A DNA stretch of 64,000 nucleotides, taken from positions 16,653-80,652 of the forward strand of contig DATFHM010000073.1 in assembly GCA_035248385.1 (NCBI GenBank). Reading direction: 5' to 3'. This DNA comes from Nocardioides sp. (GTDB lineage: Bacteria > Actinomycetota > Actinomycetes > Propionibacteriales > Nocardioidaceae). The notes beneath the pieces were generated by a model. That model saw only the letters and a program-made list of their open reading frames with translations, was not told the origin of the DNA and made no database searches. Numbering within the stretch: the first letter of the stretch is position 1; the number at the start of each line of letters is the position of its first letter. This document shows positions 1 through 9,427 of this stretch, one piece after another. Made by a program: the position numbers and the translations under genes.

Positions 1-1102
1 GCGAGGTGAGCTTGGCGATCTTGTAGTCGAGCTCGTCCTCGTAGTACTCGGCAGTGACCTCCAGCTGCGTGTCGAGCGAGCCGGTCTCCTCCCCGACACG
101 GAGCATGGACGTAGCAGTCCCGGGGAAGAGCCCCGTCCGAGCGAGCGGAGCCGAGATGCCCTGCCCTTCCAGCATCTGCTCCGCCACGCCGTTGAGGCGT
201 CGAATGAAGACCCGGTTCCGCAACGAGTCGGTCGTCACCTGGAGCGATTCGGTCAGGTTCACCCCGGCGGACACCATGGACGACAGCACGCGGCAGAAGC
301 GCTCCACCAGAGCGTACTGAATCGTCTCGCCGACGACCGGCATCTTGAGGAGAAAGGCATCCCGTGCATACCTGCCGCCCTCGAACCGCGTGACGATGAA
401 GTAGATCAGGGCGATAGATCCCAGCCCGGCGAGCACCGCCCACCACCACTGACCGAGGAAGTCCGTGAAGCCCATCAGCATCCTGGTCGGGAGAGGCAGC
501 TTCGCATCGAGGCTCGCAAAGAAGTCCTTGAACTTCGGCAACACGTAGATGGCAAGCACCAAGACCGTCACGACCGACATCGCCGCGACGACAGCAGGGT
601 ACAGCGCTGCCGACTTGATCTTGCGCCGTGCTTCGAGGTCCCGCTCGATGTAGGTCGAGAGGCGCGACAGCACCGTGTCCAGCTCGCCGGTCAGCTCCGC
701 CGAGCGGACGATGCCGCGGTAGAACTCCGGGAAGACCTTGGGGTACTGGTCGAGACAGTCGGAGAACCGTTCGCCGGTCCGAAGCCCGTCCTCGATGTCG
801 TTCATCATCCGGCGGACCGAGGAGTTCTCGCTCTCGGCGCCGATGGTGTGCACGGCGTCCAAGATCGGTAGCCCGGCGCGGAGGAACGCGGCGATCTGGC
901 GTGACAGGTGCATGACCTCCTCGCGCTTGATCCGCGGACCGGAGATCTCGTACTGCAGGACGCTCTTCTTCTCGGTGACCTTGAGGTCGCGGAGGTCGCG
1001 TCCGTAGAGCTCGACCTCAGCGTCACCGCGGCTGGGCGCCTTCTGGGTACCCCTGACGGGGCTGCCGTCGAGGGCTACCCCCGAGTAAGCGAACTTGGGC
1101 AT
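1..1102 (-). CDS. pilC: Type IV pilus platform protein PilC / T2SS F family (3' end beyond window)
   Basis: Read manually: ATG at 1102 gives MPKFAYSGVALDG..., later SAELTGELDTVLSRL and SAALYPAVV typical of PilC/GspF. Starts 1 nt after the pilB stop. Confidence 0.9.
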   Translation of the reverse strand, partial: MPKFAYSGVALDGSPVRGTQKAPSRGDAEVELYGRDLRDLKVTEKKSVLQYEISGPRIKREEVMHLSRQIAAFLRAGLPILDAVHTIGAESENSSVRRMMNDIEDGLRTGERFSDCLDQYPKVFPEFYRGIVRSAELTGELDTVLSRLSTYIERDLEARRKIKSAALYPAVVAAMSVVTVLVLAIYVLPKFKDFFASLDAKLPLPTRMLMGFTDFLGQWWWAVLAGLGSIALIYFIVTRFEGGRYARDAFLLKMPVVGETIQYALVERFCRVLSSMVSAGVNLTESLQVTTDSLRNRVFIRRLNGVAEQMLEGQGISAPLARTGLFPGTATSMLRVGEETGSLDTQLEVTAEYYEDELDYKIAKLTS

Positions 1103-1103
1103 C

Positions 1104-2840
1104 TCAGACTCCTGCCACGTAGATCGACCGCATGACTTCGGCGGGGGTGGTGACGCCGTCCGTCACCAGTCGGGCGCCTTGCTCCTGCAGGGTGCGCATG
1201 CCCTGGCTGCGGGCAAGCTTGCGCATGTCGTCCTGGGGCGCGCGCTCCACGATCAACTCCCGAACTTCGTCGCTCACGGTCAACAGCTCGTAGACCCCCA
1301 CCCGGTCCAGGTAGCCAGTGTGCGCACAGAAGTGGCAGCCGGCGCCATGCACGAATCCGAGGGCTGGCTCCTGCGCGCCGAGGCTGTGCAGGAAGCCCAG
1401 CTCGTCGGCGCTCGGCTTGTACTGCTCCAGGCAGTTCGTGCAGCTCCGGCGCACCAGCCGCTGGGCGACCACTGCGCTGACGGACGACGCGACGAGGAAC
1501 GCCTCGATGCCCATGTCGAGCAGTCGGTAGAGCGCGGAGACCGACTCGGTGGCGTGTAGGGATGACAGCACCATGTGGCCGGTGAGGGCCGACTGCACTG
1601 CGATTCGTGCCGTGTCGACGTCGCGGATCTCGCCGACCAGGATCACATCCGGGTCCTGGCGGAGGATGGACTTGAGGCCGCCGGCGAAGGTGATGCCGGC
1701 CTGCTCGTTGATCTGGATCTGGTTGATCGAGTCGAAGGTGTACTCGACCGGGTCCTCGATCGTCATGATGTTGCGATCGATCGTGTCGAGCTCCCCCAGG
1801 GAGGCGTAGAGCGTCGTGGTCTTCCCGCCGCCGGTGGGACCGGCGCAGATGATCATCCCGTACGGCTGGTGGATCAGCTTGCTGTATCGGTCAGCGGTGT
1901 CGGCCGGCATGCCGAGCTGGGCGAGCTGGAACAGCGGGCGGCTCTTGTCGAGGAGTCGCATGACGACCTTCTCGCCACCCATGACGGAGGTGGTGGCGAC
2001 GCGGATGTCGACGTCACGTCCCTCGACCTGCATCGAGATCTGGCCGTCCTGCGGCCGACGGCGCTCGACGATGTTCATGCCGCCCAGGATCTTGACTCGG
2101 CTGACTAGCGCCGGACCGATCGAGGCCGGCAGGTCGAGAACATCGGCGAGTGCCCCGTCAATGCGGTAGCGGACGCGGACCCGCTCGCCAGATGGCTCGA
2201 TGTGGATGTCCGAGGCGCGGTCACGCAGCCCCTGCGTGATGATCTTCTGCACCACTTGGACGACCGGCGCGTCCTCGTTGACCTGTGCCGTTTCCGCCAG
2301 GCTGGCCTCGCGCCGGATGTTGTCACGGGCCTCGAACGCCAGCAGGTGCGTACCCACCTCGGCGGTGGCCTTGTACTCGGTGTCGAGAGCTCGGTTCAGC
2401 GATCGATGGGTGGAGACGACCGGTCGTACCGTGCGCCCGATGGCCGCCGCCACGACGGCCACATGCTCGGGCGACGGGTCGAGCACCGCGACGGTGACCT
2501 CGTCGTCCGTCGCGGCGATGGGCAGCGCCCTCAACTCCAGCGCGCGGTCGCGCGGGAGCAGTGCGACTGCGGCCGGATCGGGGTCGGTCGTCCGGAAGTC
2601 GACCGTGCCGCGGCCGGACGCTGCGGCGACCGCTGCGGTCAAGTCGTCGTCGCTGATGACACCACCGGCGACCAGCTTCTCGGCCAGCGTGCCGACGGCC
2701 TCGCCGTTCCGCGCAGCATCCAGCTGGTACGGCTGCACCTTGCCAGCGCTGACCAGCAGTCGCCCGAGGCGGTCGTCCGCCTCCTCCTGGGAGGACCGGA
2801 CGACCGGCTGCTCGTCGGTCTTCTTCCCCTTGAACCTCAT
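1104..2840 (-). CDS. pilB: Type IV pilus assembly ATPase PilB (GspE/PulE family)
   Basis: ASDIHIEP, Walker A GPTGGGKTTT, TIEDPVE, LRQDPDVILVGEIRD, tetracysteine CTNC...CHFC, N-terminal RLGxxL MshEN-like segment. Confidence 0.93.
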   Translation of the reverse strand: MRFKGKKTDEQPVVRSSQEEADDRLGRLLVSAGKVQPYQLDAARNGEAVGTLAEKLVAGGVISDDDLTAAVAAASGRGTVDFRTTDPDPAAVALLPRDRALELRALPIAATDDEVTVAVLDPSPEHVAVVAAAIGRTVRPVVSTHRSLNRALDTEYKATAEVGTHLLAFEARDNIRREASLAETAQVNEDAPVVQVVQKIITQGLRDRASDIHIEPSGERVRVRYRIDGALADVLDLPASIGPALVSRVKILGGMNIVERRRPQDGQISMQVEGRDVDIRVATTSVMGGEKVVMRLLDKSRPLFQLAQLGMPADTADRYSKLIHQPYGMIICAGPTGGGKTTTLYASLGELDTIDRNIMTIEDPVEYTFDSINQIQINEQAGITFAGGLKSILRQDPDVILVGEIRDVDTARIAVQSALTGHMVLSSLHATESVSALYRLLDMGIEAFLVASSVSAVVAQRLVRRSCTNCLEQYKPSADELGFLHSLGAQEPALGFVHGAGCHFCAHTGYLDRVGVYELLTVSDEVRELIVERAPQDDMRKLARSQGMRTLQEQGARLVTDGVTTPAEVMRSIYVAGV

Positions 2841-2846
2841 CGGGCG

Positions 2847-3950
2847 CTACCTCGCGGGAACGGGAGAGGCGTACCGGGGACGGACGTCGATGTCCTTGGG
2901 GTACAGACTTCGGGCGGCCGCGTCCTCGTAGGTGACGATCTGCTGCTGCACGAGCTGCGACAGCGTCTGCTCGAGCGTGACCATGCCGTCCTGAGCACCG
3001 GTCACCACCGAGTTGCGCAGCTGGTGGGTCTTTCCCTCCTTGATCAGGTTGCGCACCGCTGGCGTGGCCGTGAGCACCTCGTAGGCAGCGACCATGCCGC
3101 CACCGATCCGCGGGACCAGCCGCTGGTAGACGACACAGCTGAGCGCGGCCGCAAGCTGGACCCGGATCTGCGCCTGCTGCTCGGCTGGGAACACGTCGAT
3201 CATGCGACCGATCGACTGGGCCGTGTCGTTGGTGTGCAGCGTGGCGAACACGAGGTGACCGGTCTCGGCCACGGTGAGAGCGAACTGGATGGACTCCAGG
3301 TCGCGCATCTCACCGACGAGCAGGACGTCGGGGTCCTCGCGGAGGACCGAACGGAGGGCCTTGTTGAACGAACCGGTGTCGGTGCCGACCTCACGCTGGT
3401 TGACCGCGGACATCTTGTGGTCGTGCACGTACTCGATCGGGTCCTCGATCGTGATGACGTGCGCGCCGCGGTTGCTGTTGATGTGGTCGATGAGCGACGC
3501 GAGCGTCGTCGATTTGCCGGACCCGGTCGGGCCGGTCATCAGGATCAAGCCCTGGTGGCGCAACGACAGGTCTCGGAGCGCGGCAGGCAAGCCGAGCTGA
3601 TCGGGCGTCGGGATCACGCGCGGGATCATCCGCAGCGCGACGGCAGTCAGTCCGCGCTGGGTAAAGGCGTTCCCACGGATCCGGGCGTGCTCGCGCCAGG
3701 AGAAGGAGAAGTCGTATTCGTGGGCCTTGTCCCAGTGGCCCTGCTGCTCGGGATTGAGCACCTGGCCGAGCAAGGCCTCGGTGTCATCCCCGGTGAGCAT
3801 TCGCGCGTCCGGCACCGGACTGAGAGTGCCGTCCACCCGGATCATGGGCGGCAGACCGGCTGTCAGCAGGAGATCCGTGCCCTTGGCCTGCCAGAGCACA
3901 TCGAGCAGGTGGTCGACGTCGGCACCGATCTGGTGCAGGTGCGCGTGCAT
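2847..3950 (-). CDS. pilT: Type IV pilus retraction ATPase PilT
   Basis: GPTGSGKSTT, TIEDPIEY, LREDPDVLLVGEMRD, TGHLVFATLHT, AVRNLIKE (AIRNLIRE motif). Confidence 0.93.
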   Translation of the reverse strand: MHAHLHQIGADVDHLLDVLWQAKGTDLLLTAGLPPMIRVDGTLSPVPDARMLTGDDTEALLGQVLNPEQQGHWDKAHEYDFSFSWREHARIRGNAFTQRGLTAVALRMIPRVIPTPDQLGLPAALRDLSLRHQGLILMTGPTGSGKSTTLASLIDHINSNRGAHVITIEDPIEYVHDHKMSAVNQREVGTDTGSFNKALRSVLREDPDVLLVGEMRDLESIQFALTVAETGHLVFATLHTNDTAQSIGRMIDVFPAEQQAQIRVQLAAALSCVVYQRLVPRIGGGMVAAYEVLTATPAVRNLIKEGKTHQLRNSVVTGAQDGMVTLEQTLSQLVQQQIVTYEDAAARSLYPKDIDVRPRYASPVPAR

Positions 3951-3992
3951 GGGTCCCCCTGGGACGAGACGAGAACGAAGGACAGTGGCAGA

Positions 3993-4021
3993 GGAGGGCC
4001 GCCGTACGACGACGGCCCTCC
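3993..4021 (-). terminator. Stem-loop between pilA and pilT
   Basis: GGAGGGCCG (3993-4001) / CGGCCCTCC (4013-4021) inverted repeat ~14 nt downstream of the pilA stop; no strong U-tract. Confidence 0.55.
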
Positions 4022-4035
4022 CAGAGCTCAGCCAA

Positions 4036-4368
4036 TCAGCAGCCGACGCCGGTGACGGTCGCGCCGCCGCTGTAAGTCACGTCGGCCGGGAGCGCGGTGC
4101 CGTGAATGAACTGGTTCGGTGCCGTCCACAGGTCGGAGGCAGCGGTCGGGTAGGCACCCGTCTTCGCGTAGAACGCCTCGACGGCGGTGGTGACGGTCTC
4201 GACATCCGCCTTGCAGGCAGCGACCTTGCCGCGGTCGGTGATGCCCTGCACCGAGAAGACCACGATGGCGGCGAGGATGCCGAGAATCACGATGACGATG
4301 AGGAGCTCGATGAGGGTGAAGCCGGCGTCAGCGGAGCGGCGGCGCTGGTTCTGGAGAGCGTGAAGCAT
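4036..4368 (-). CDS. pilA: Type IV major pilin
   Basis: Class III signal G|FTLIELLIVIVILGILAAIVV with Glu+5; 110 aa; two Cys. Confidence 0.9.
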   Translation of the reverse strand: MLHALQNQRRRSADAGFTLIELLIVIVILGILAAIVVFSVQGITDRGKVAACKADVETVTTAVEAFYAKTGAYPTAASDLWTAPNQFIHGTALPADVTYSGGATVTGVGC

Positions 4369-4660
4369 GTGGGATTCCCCCTGGGAAGTGTTGGAAGGTG
4401 CTGAGCTTCCCGAGATTTTCAGGGGAAGACTTGCACTCCGTTCGGGGGCGACGTAGCAGAACTGAGTTTTCTTTACAATGCACGATTTCCAGGTTTTTTC
4501 TGACGTTCAGTGCTTGGCCATGTTGGGCGACTCCGGAGCCGATTTACGCGCGCGGAGCATCCACAAAAGTTTGCATGGAAGTGCACCTTTCGAACATCGA
4601 TCCGAGTCCGGGATCCGAGGCTTAGCATTCAACTCCGCCCTCACTTACCGGGAGTTGCCC

Positions 4661-5140
4661 GTGCGCACCGTGATCAACCCTCCGTCGGTCGTCACGCTTC
4701 TCGCCGGGTGGGTCAGAGGAGGGATCTCCGTGGCCCTCTCGTTCGCTCTGATGTGGGTTCTCTCGCTGCTGGTCTTCCGCGGCTTCTTCGGCTCGTTCCT
4801 GCCGTTCCTGATCGTCGGAGCCGTCGGCTGGACGGGCGTCGTGATTCTCGGCTCCCTCTTCGAGCACACGCTGACGATCGAGGCGAACGAGCTTGTCGTG
4901 CGGACCTGGATCGGTGCCGTGCTCCGTCGTCCGGGGCGACGGTTTCCGCTGCAGCAACCACGACTCAGCCTGGCGCCTCGGTCCGGCCGCGGAGGGGGTG
5001 GGCTACGGAGCAAGAGGCTGTGGCTTATCGACTCCAACGGGCGGGAGCACAGCTTCGCCTTCACGCTGCTGAGCTACGACGCGTTGGCCGGACAGCTTGC
5101 GGAGAGCTCGTTGGGGCGCGGGGGCGTGCCGCGGTACTGA
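4661..5140 (+). CDS. Hypothetical membrane protein (start uncertain; ORF open from 4478)
   Basis: Two hydrophobic helices followed by a small soluble domain; GGAG before GTG 4661. Confidence 0.5.
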   Translation: MRTVINPPSVVTLLAGWVRGGISVALSFALMWVLSLLVFRGFFGSFLPFLIVGAVGWTGVVILGSLFEHTLTIEANELVVRTWIGAVLRRPGRRFPLQQPRLSLAPRSGRGGGGLRSKRLWLIDSNGREHSFAFTLLSYDALAGQLAESSLGRGGVPRY

Positions 5141-5145
5141 GGTCG

Positions 5146-5280
5146 CCGGTTTCGATACGCGCTCGCTCGCTCCGCGCTCGCGCTACTCAACCAGCGACAC
5201 AGGGCTCGTTCCTCGCTCGCGCTACTCAACCAGCGACCGGTCTCGTGACGGTTGCTGCTCGACCTCCGCGACCAGCGACG
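5146..5280. repeat. REP-like intergenic repeat cluster
   Basis: 24-bp direct repeat CGCTCGCGCTACTCAACCAGCGAC at 5175-5198 and 5214-5237, preceded by GGTTTCGATACG, between convergent genes. Confidence 0.7.
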
Positions 5281-5287
5281 CGAGGCG

Positions 5288-6643
5288 TCACTCCATGGTG
5301 GCGATGATGGCGGCGAGGTCGTCCGCGGTCGTCTGGGGGTTGACGATGGCGAAGCGGGTGCAGACCTGGCCGTGGTGCTTCGTGGGGGTGACGAAGGCGA
5401 ACTGGTCGGCGAGGAGGCGCTTGCTCCAGGCGTCGTACTCGGCCTCGCCCCAGCCGATCCGCTCGAAGATGAGGACGGAGAGGTCGGGCTCGACGAGCAG
5501 GCGCAGGTGCGGGGCCTTCTCGATCAGGTCGCGGCCGGCGCGGGTCACCTCGAGGGTGCGCTCGACGGCGGCGACGTACGCGTCGGTGCCGTTGACGGCG
5601 AGCGAGAACCAGAACGGGAGGCCGCGGCCGCGGCGGGTGAGCTGGATCGCGAAGTCACTCGGGTTCCACTCCCCCTCGACCGTCACCGGGTCCAGGTACC
5701 CGGCGCGCTGGGTGTGCGCGGCGCGCGCGAGGACGGGGTCGCGGTAGAGCAGCGCGCAGCAGTCGTACGGCGCGAACAGCCACTTGTGCGGGTCGACGAT
5801 GAACGAGTCGGCGCGCTCCACCCCCGCGAAGAGGGAGCGGACCGAGGGGGCGGCCAGGCCGGCGCCGCCGTACGCGCCGTCGACGTGGAACCACCAGCCG
5901 TGCTCCTCGGCGACGTCCGCGAGGCCGGCGAGGTCGTCGACCACGCCGAGGTTCGTGGTGCCGGCGGTGCCGACGATCGCGAAGACCGCGTCCCGCTGCT
6001 CCTGCGTCGCACCCGCCACCCAGGCCCGTACGACGTCGCCGGTCAGCCGGCCGCGGCGGTCACCCGGCAGCAGCACGACGTCGACGTCCATCACCGACTC
6101 CAGCGCGTGCTTCACCGACGAGTGCGTCTCGTCGGTGAGCAGCACCGCCCAGCGCGGCGGGCGGGAGCCGCGCCGGTGTTGGGCGGCCGAGCGGGCAGCG
6201 ACGAGCGCCGACAGGTTGCCGATCGTGCCGCCCTGGACGAACACTCCCCCGGCCTCGGCAGGAAGCCCGACCAGGTCCGCGACCCAGCGCAGCGCCTGGT
6301 TCTCCGCGAAGACGGTGCCGGAGCCCTCGAGCCAGGAGCCGGCGTACACCGACGAGGCGCCGACGAGCATGTCGAACGCCGCCGCGGCCTTGCTGGGTGC
6401 CCCGGGGATGAACGAAAGGTAGCGCGGGTGGTCAACCGACAGACAGGCCGGACCGAGCGTCTCCTCCCACAGCCGCGCGGCGTCGCCGCCCATGCCGGCG
6501 GGCGTGATGGTCTGCCCCGCCTCGCTCAGCAGGTCCTCGGGCGTCCGCGTCGTGTCCAGCGGGGCTGCCATCTCCAGGCGCTCCTGGGACATCCGCAGCA
6601 GCTCACGGACCAGCGCGGCGACCGCGTCGTCGTACACGTGCAC
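5288..6643 (-). CDS. Group II PLP-dependent decarboxylase (aromatic amino acid/glutamate decarboxylase family)
   Basis: GGTIGNL, HSSVKHA, GTAGTT, HVDGAYGG, DPHKWL (PLP lysine). Confidence 0.9.
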   Translation of the reverse strand: MHVYDDAVAALVRELLRMSQERLEMAAPLDTTRTPEDLLSEAGQTITPAGMGGDAARLWEETLGPACLSVDHPRYLSFIPGAPSKAAAAFDMLVGASSVYAGSWLEGSGTVFAENQALRWVADLVGLPAEAGGVFVQGGTIGNLSALVAARSAAQHRRGSRPPRWAVLLTDETHSSVKHALESVMDVDVVLLPGDRRGRLTGDVVRAWVAGATQEQRDAVFAIVGTAGTTNLGVVDDLAGLADVAEEHGWWFHVDGAYGGAGLAAPSVRSLFAGVERADSFIVDPHKWLFAPYDCCALLYRDPVLARAAHTQRAGYLDPVTVEGEWNPSDFAIQLTRRGRGLPFWFSLAVNGTDAYVAAVERTLEVTRAGRDLIEKAPHLRLLVEPDLSVLIFERIGWGEAEYDAWSKRLLADQFAFVTPTKHHGQVCTRFAIVNPQTTADDLAAIIATME

Positions 6644-6761
6644 GAGGCGACTCTAGGGCGCCGCCGGTGAGGTCGTCGCTGGCGCGGCGGCCAGAATCCG
6701 TCTCGGATCCGAGACGTGCCATTTCATGGTCCCTTCACGGCCTCGTTCGTACGGTCGGGGC

Positions 6762-7361
6762 ATGTTCGACCTGGCCGTGCTGTGGGGCTCCACTCAGGAG
6801 GGCTGGTTCGGCGACGTCAACCGGTTCGCGCTCGACACCGCGTGGTTGCACACGCCTGCCCGCCTCTTCGCGCACTACGGCGTGGCGGTGTTCGCCGTGC
6901 TGCTGCTGGTCTCCTGGTTGTTGGCGCGCCGCACCGGCGACGCCCGCCGAGTGGCGGCCGCGCTGTGGGCGCCGATCGGCGTCCTCGTCGCGGTCGGGCT
7001 CAACCAGCCGATCTCCAACTCGGTCGCGGAGGAGCGGCCGTACACCGTCTTCCCGCACGCGCTCACCCTCGTCGCGCGATCCACCGACTTCTCCTTCCCC
7101 AGCGACCACTCGGTGATGGCAGGCGCCGCGGCCGTCGGCGTGCTGCTCGCGAACCGCCGGCTCGGGCTCGTCACCGCGGCGCTCGCGGTGCTGATGGCCG
7201 CCACCCGCGTGTACGTCGGCGCCCATTGGCCGTTCGACGTCGTCGCCGGACTGGTCATCGGGGCGGGCTTCGCCCTGGCGGCGTACGCCGTGGTGCGGCC
7301 GCTCCTCGTGCGGATCGTGGAGCGACTCGGGGAGAGCCGGTTGCGGGTGCTCGTACGCTGA
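6762..7361 (+). CDS. PAP2-family membrane phosphatase (undecaprenyl-diphosphatase-like)
   Basis: RPY, SFPSDH, TRVYVGAHWPFDV motifs; multiple TM helices. Confidence 0.88.
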   Translation: MFDLAVLWGSTQEGWFGDVNRFALDTAWLHTPARLFAHYGVAVFAVLLLVSWLLARRTGDARRVAAALWAPIGVLVAVGLNQPISNSVAEERPYTVFPHALTLVARSTDFSFPSDHSVMAGAAAVGVLLANRRLGLVTAALAVLMAATRVYVGAHWPFDVVAGLVIGAGFALAAYAVVRPLLVRIVERLGESRLRVLVR

Positions 7362-7407
7362 GGATCGCTCGGGCTGCTCGACCAACGACCCACGTCCAGG
7401 AGATCCC

Positions 7408-8922
7408 GTGGCCCGTCGCCCGTACGTCGCTTCCGCGGCGCTGCTCCTCCTCCTCGCCGCCTCCCTCGCGACGACCACCACCGCACCCGCACCCGCATCG
7501 GCCACCCCGTCCGTGCGCCACGCGTGCGCGGCCTCGGCCCGCTGGCAGTGCCGCGCCGAGGTGCGCACGCCCGACACCTCGACGTCGCGCACGACGGCTC
7601 GGGCCGCCCGCACCGCGGCCTCCGGGGACTTCGGCTACACGGCCGCCCAGCTGCAGCAGATCTACCGCACGGCAGGGATCAGCCCGGCCGACGGCACGCC
7701 CACCATCGCCGTCGTCGACGCCTTCGACTACCCCCATGCCGAGGGCGACCTGGCGACGTACCGCAGCACGATGGGGTTGCCGGCCTGCACCGTCGCCAGC
7801 GGCTGCCTGTCCATCGTCAACCAGGACCTGGGCTCCACGCTGCCACCCGCCGCGCCGGTGAGCGACGACTGGACCATCGAGAGTGCTCTCGACCTCGACA
7901 TGGCCTCGGCCGTCTGCCCGCGCTGCCACCTGGTCCTCGTCGAGGCCACCACTGACGCCGACAACGGACTGGTCACCGGAGCGGTGAAGGCGGCCTCCCT
8001 CGCCCACTACGTGTCGATGTCCTGGGGTGGCGCCGACGACGGCAGCATCGCCACCGACACCTTCGCCGTCCCCGGGACGATCTACGCCGGCGCCACCGGT
8101 GACAACGGCCACGAGGCCCAGCCCGACGTCCCGGACTCGCTCACGGGCGTGGTGGCGGTCGGCGGCGTCAGCCTGGCGTCGACCACCGCCACCCCGACCG
8201 CCTGGTCGGGCGCCGGGTCGAGCTGCTCGACCCGGGTCCCGAAGCCTGCGGTGCAGGCCACGCTCACCACGGACTGTGTCGGCAAGGCCACGTCCGACCT
8301 GTCCGCCATCGCCGACCCGCACACGGGCATGGGCGTGTACGACACCTCCAACGGCAACGGTGGCTGGAACGAGGTGGGAGGTACGTCGGCGGCCACGCCG
8401 ATCATCGCCGCGCTGTACGCCGTCGCGGGCAACCACACGGTCCCGTTCGCGGCGTACACCGACCTCGCGCGCTACCCCTCGCTCCTCGAGGACGTGACCT
8501 CCGGCAGCAACAGCCTCGTCTGCCTGTCCGTCGCGTGCGTCGCCGGCACCGGCTGGGACGGGCCGACCGGGATCGGCATGCCGCTCACGCCCGAGGCCGT
8601 CGCCCTGCCGCTCGCGCGGATGCACGTGGCGGTCGCGCGGCTCGTCGGCCGCAAGGGACACGCCCTGGTCCGCGTCATCACGCTGCCCACCTCCGTCCCC
8701 GACACCGCCGGCACCCGCCAGGCCCTGGCGCACGTCGGCGCGAGGGTCACCGGGCTTCCCCGGGGTCTGCACTGGTCGGTCTCCGGCACCCGGCTGACGA
8801 TCCGCGGCACACCAACACGGGTCGGGACGGGCCGCGCCCGCATCACTCTGTCCGGCACGACGCCCGCGGGCCGGACCGCCGGCGGGAGCACCAGCTTCGG
8901 CTGGGTGATCCGCCGGCGCTGA
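7408..8922 (+). CDS. Secreted S53/S8 serine peptidase (sedolisin-like) with C-terminal Ig-like domain
   Basis: Signal peptide; ESALDLD (Glu/Asp), ATGDNG, GGTSAATP (catalytic Ser), GWDGPTGIG; C-terminal TGLPRGL...GTPT. Confidence 0.85.
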   Translation: MARRPYVASAALLLLLAASLATTTTAPAPASATPSVRHACAASARWQCRAEVRTPDTSTSRTTARAARTAASGDFGYTAAQLQQIYRTAGISPADGTPTIAVVDAFDYPHAEGDLATYRSTMGLPACTVASGCLSIVNQDLGSTLPPAAPVSDDWTIESALDLDMASAVCPRCHLVLVEATTDADNGLVTGAVKAASLAHYVSMSWGGADDGSIATDTFAVPGTIYAGATGDNGHEAQPDVPDSLTGVVAVGGVSLASTTATPTAWSGAGSSCSTRVPKPAVQATLTTDCVGKATSDLSAIADPHTGMGVYDTSNGNGGWNEVGGTSAATPIIAALYAVAGNHTVPFAAYTDLARYPSLLEDVTSGSNSLVCLSVACVAGTGWDGPTGIGMPLTPEAVALPLARMHVAVARLVGRKGHALVRVITLPTSVPDTAGTRQALAHVGARVTGLPRGLHWSVSGTRLTIRGTPTRVGTGRARITLSGTTPAGRTAGGSTSFGWVIRRR

Positions 8923-8965
8923 GGCCGCGCCGTTTCTCGAACCCGCGCTCGGGTACCGCGCTGCC

Positions 8966-9427
8966 GTGAGCCGATATCCCGCACTGCTGGTGCCGCTGGC
9001 GGCCGGGTTGCTCCTCACCGCGTGCGAGCCGAAGAGCCCGGACCGCGCCGAGTGGCGCGACGACGCGTACTACGCGGTGTCCGACACCTCGTCCGCGGTG
9101 GCGACAGCAACCCTGGTCGTCCGTCAATTGACGTCCGACAAGATCCAGCAGAATTACGCGCAGGTGGTGCTCGTCGCCGCCGAGGAGGAGGCCGGCAAGC
9201 AGTCCAGCTCGTTCGACGCGCTGCAGCCGGCCACCGTCGACACCGACCGCTACCACCAGGTCACCTCGGCGCTGTCCGACGCCGGTGACGTCCTGTCGGA
9301 CGTGCGGATCGCGGTCGCGCGGCAGAACACCGGCGCCTACCCCGACCTCCTCCAGCAGCTCGACCAGCAGACCCAGGCGCTCGACAAGGTCGAGAGCGAC
9401 CTCGGCGGACTGCGGGGCAAGCCGTGA
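8966..9427 (+). CDS. Putative lipoprotein, helical bundle
   Basis: Lipobox LLTAC; stop overlaps next start (GTGA). Confidence 0.75.
   Translation: MSRYPALLVPLAAGLLLTACEPKSPDRAEWRDDAYYAVSDTSSAVATATLVVRQLTSDKIQQNYAQVVLVAAEEEAGKQSSSFDALQPATVDTDRYHQVTSALSDAGDVLSDVRIAVARQNTGAYPDLLQQLDQQTQALDKVESDLGGLRGKP

Noticed and set aside
5175-5237. Direct repeats as a CRISPR array
   Set aside because: Only two copies, a 15-nt spacer and no cas genes.
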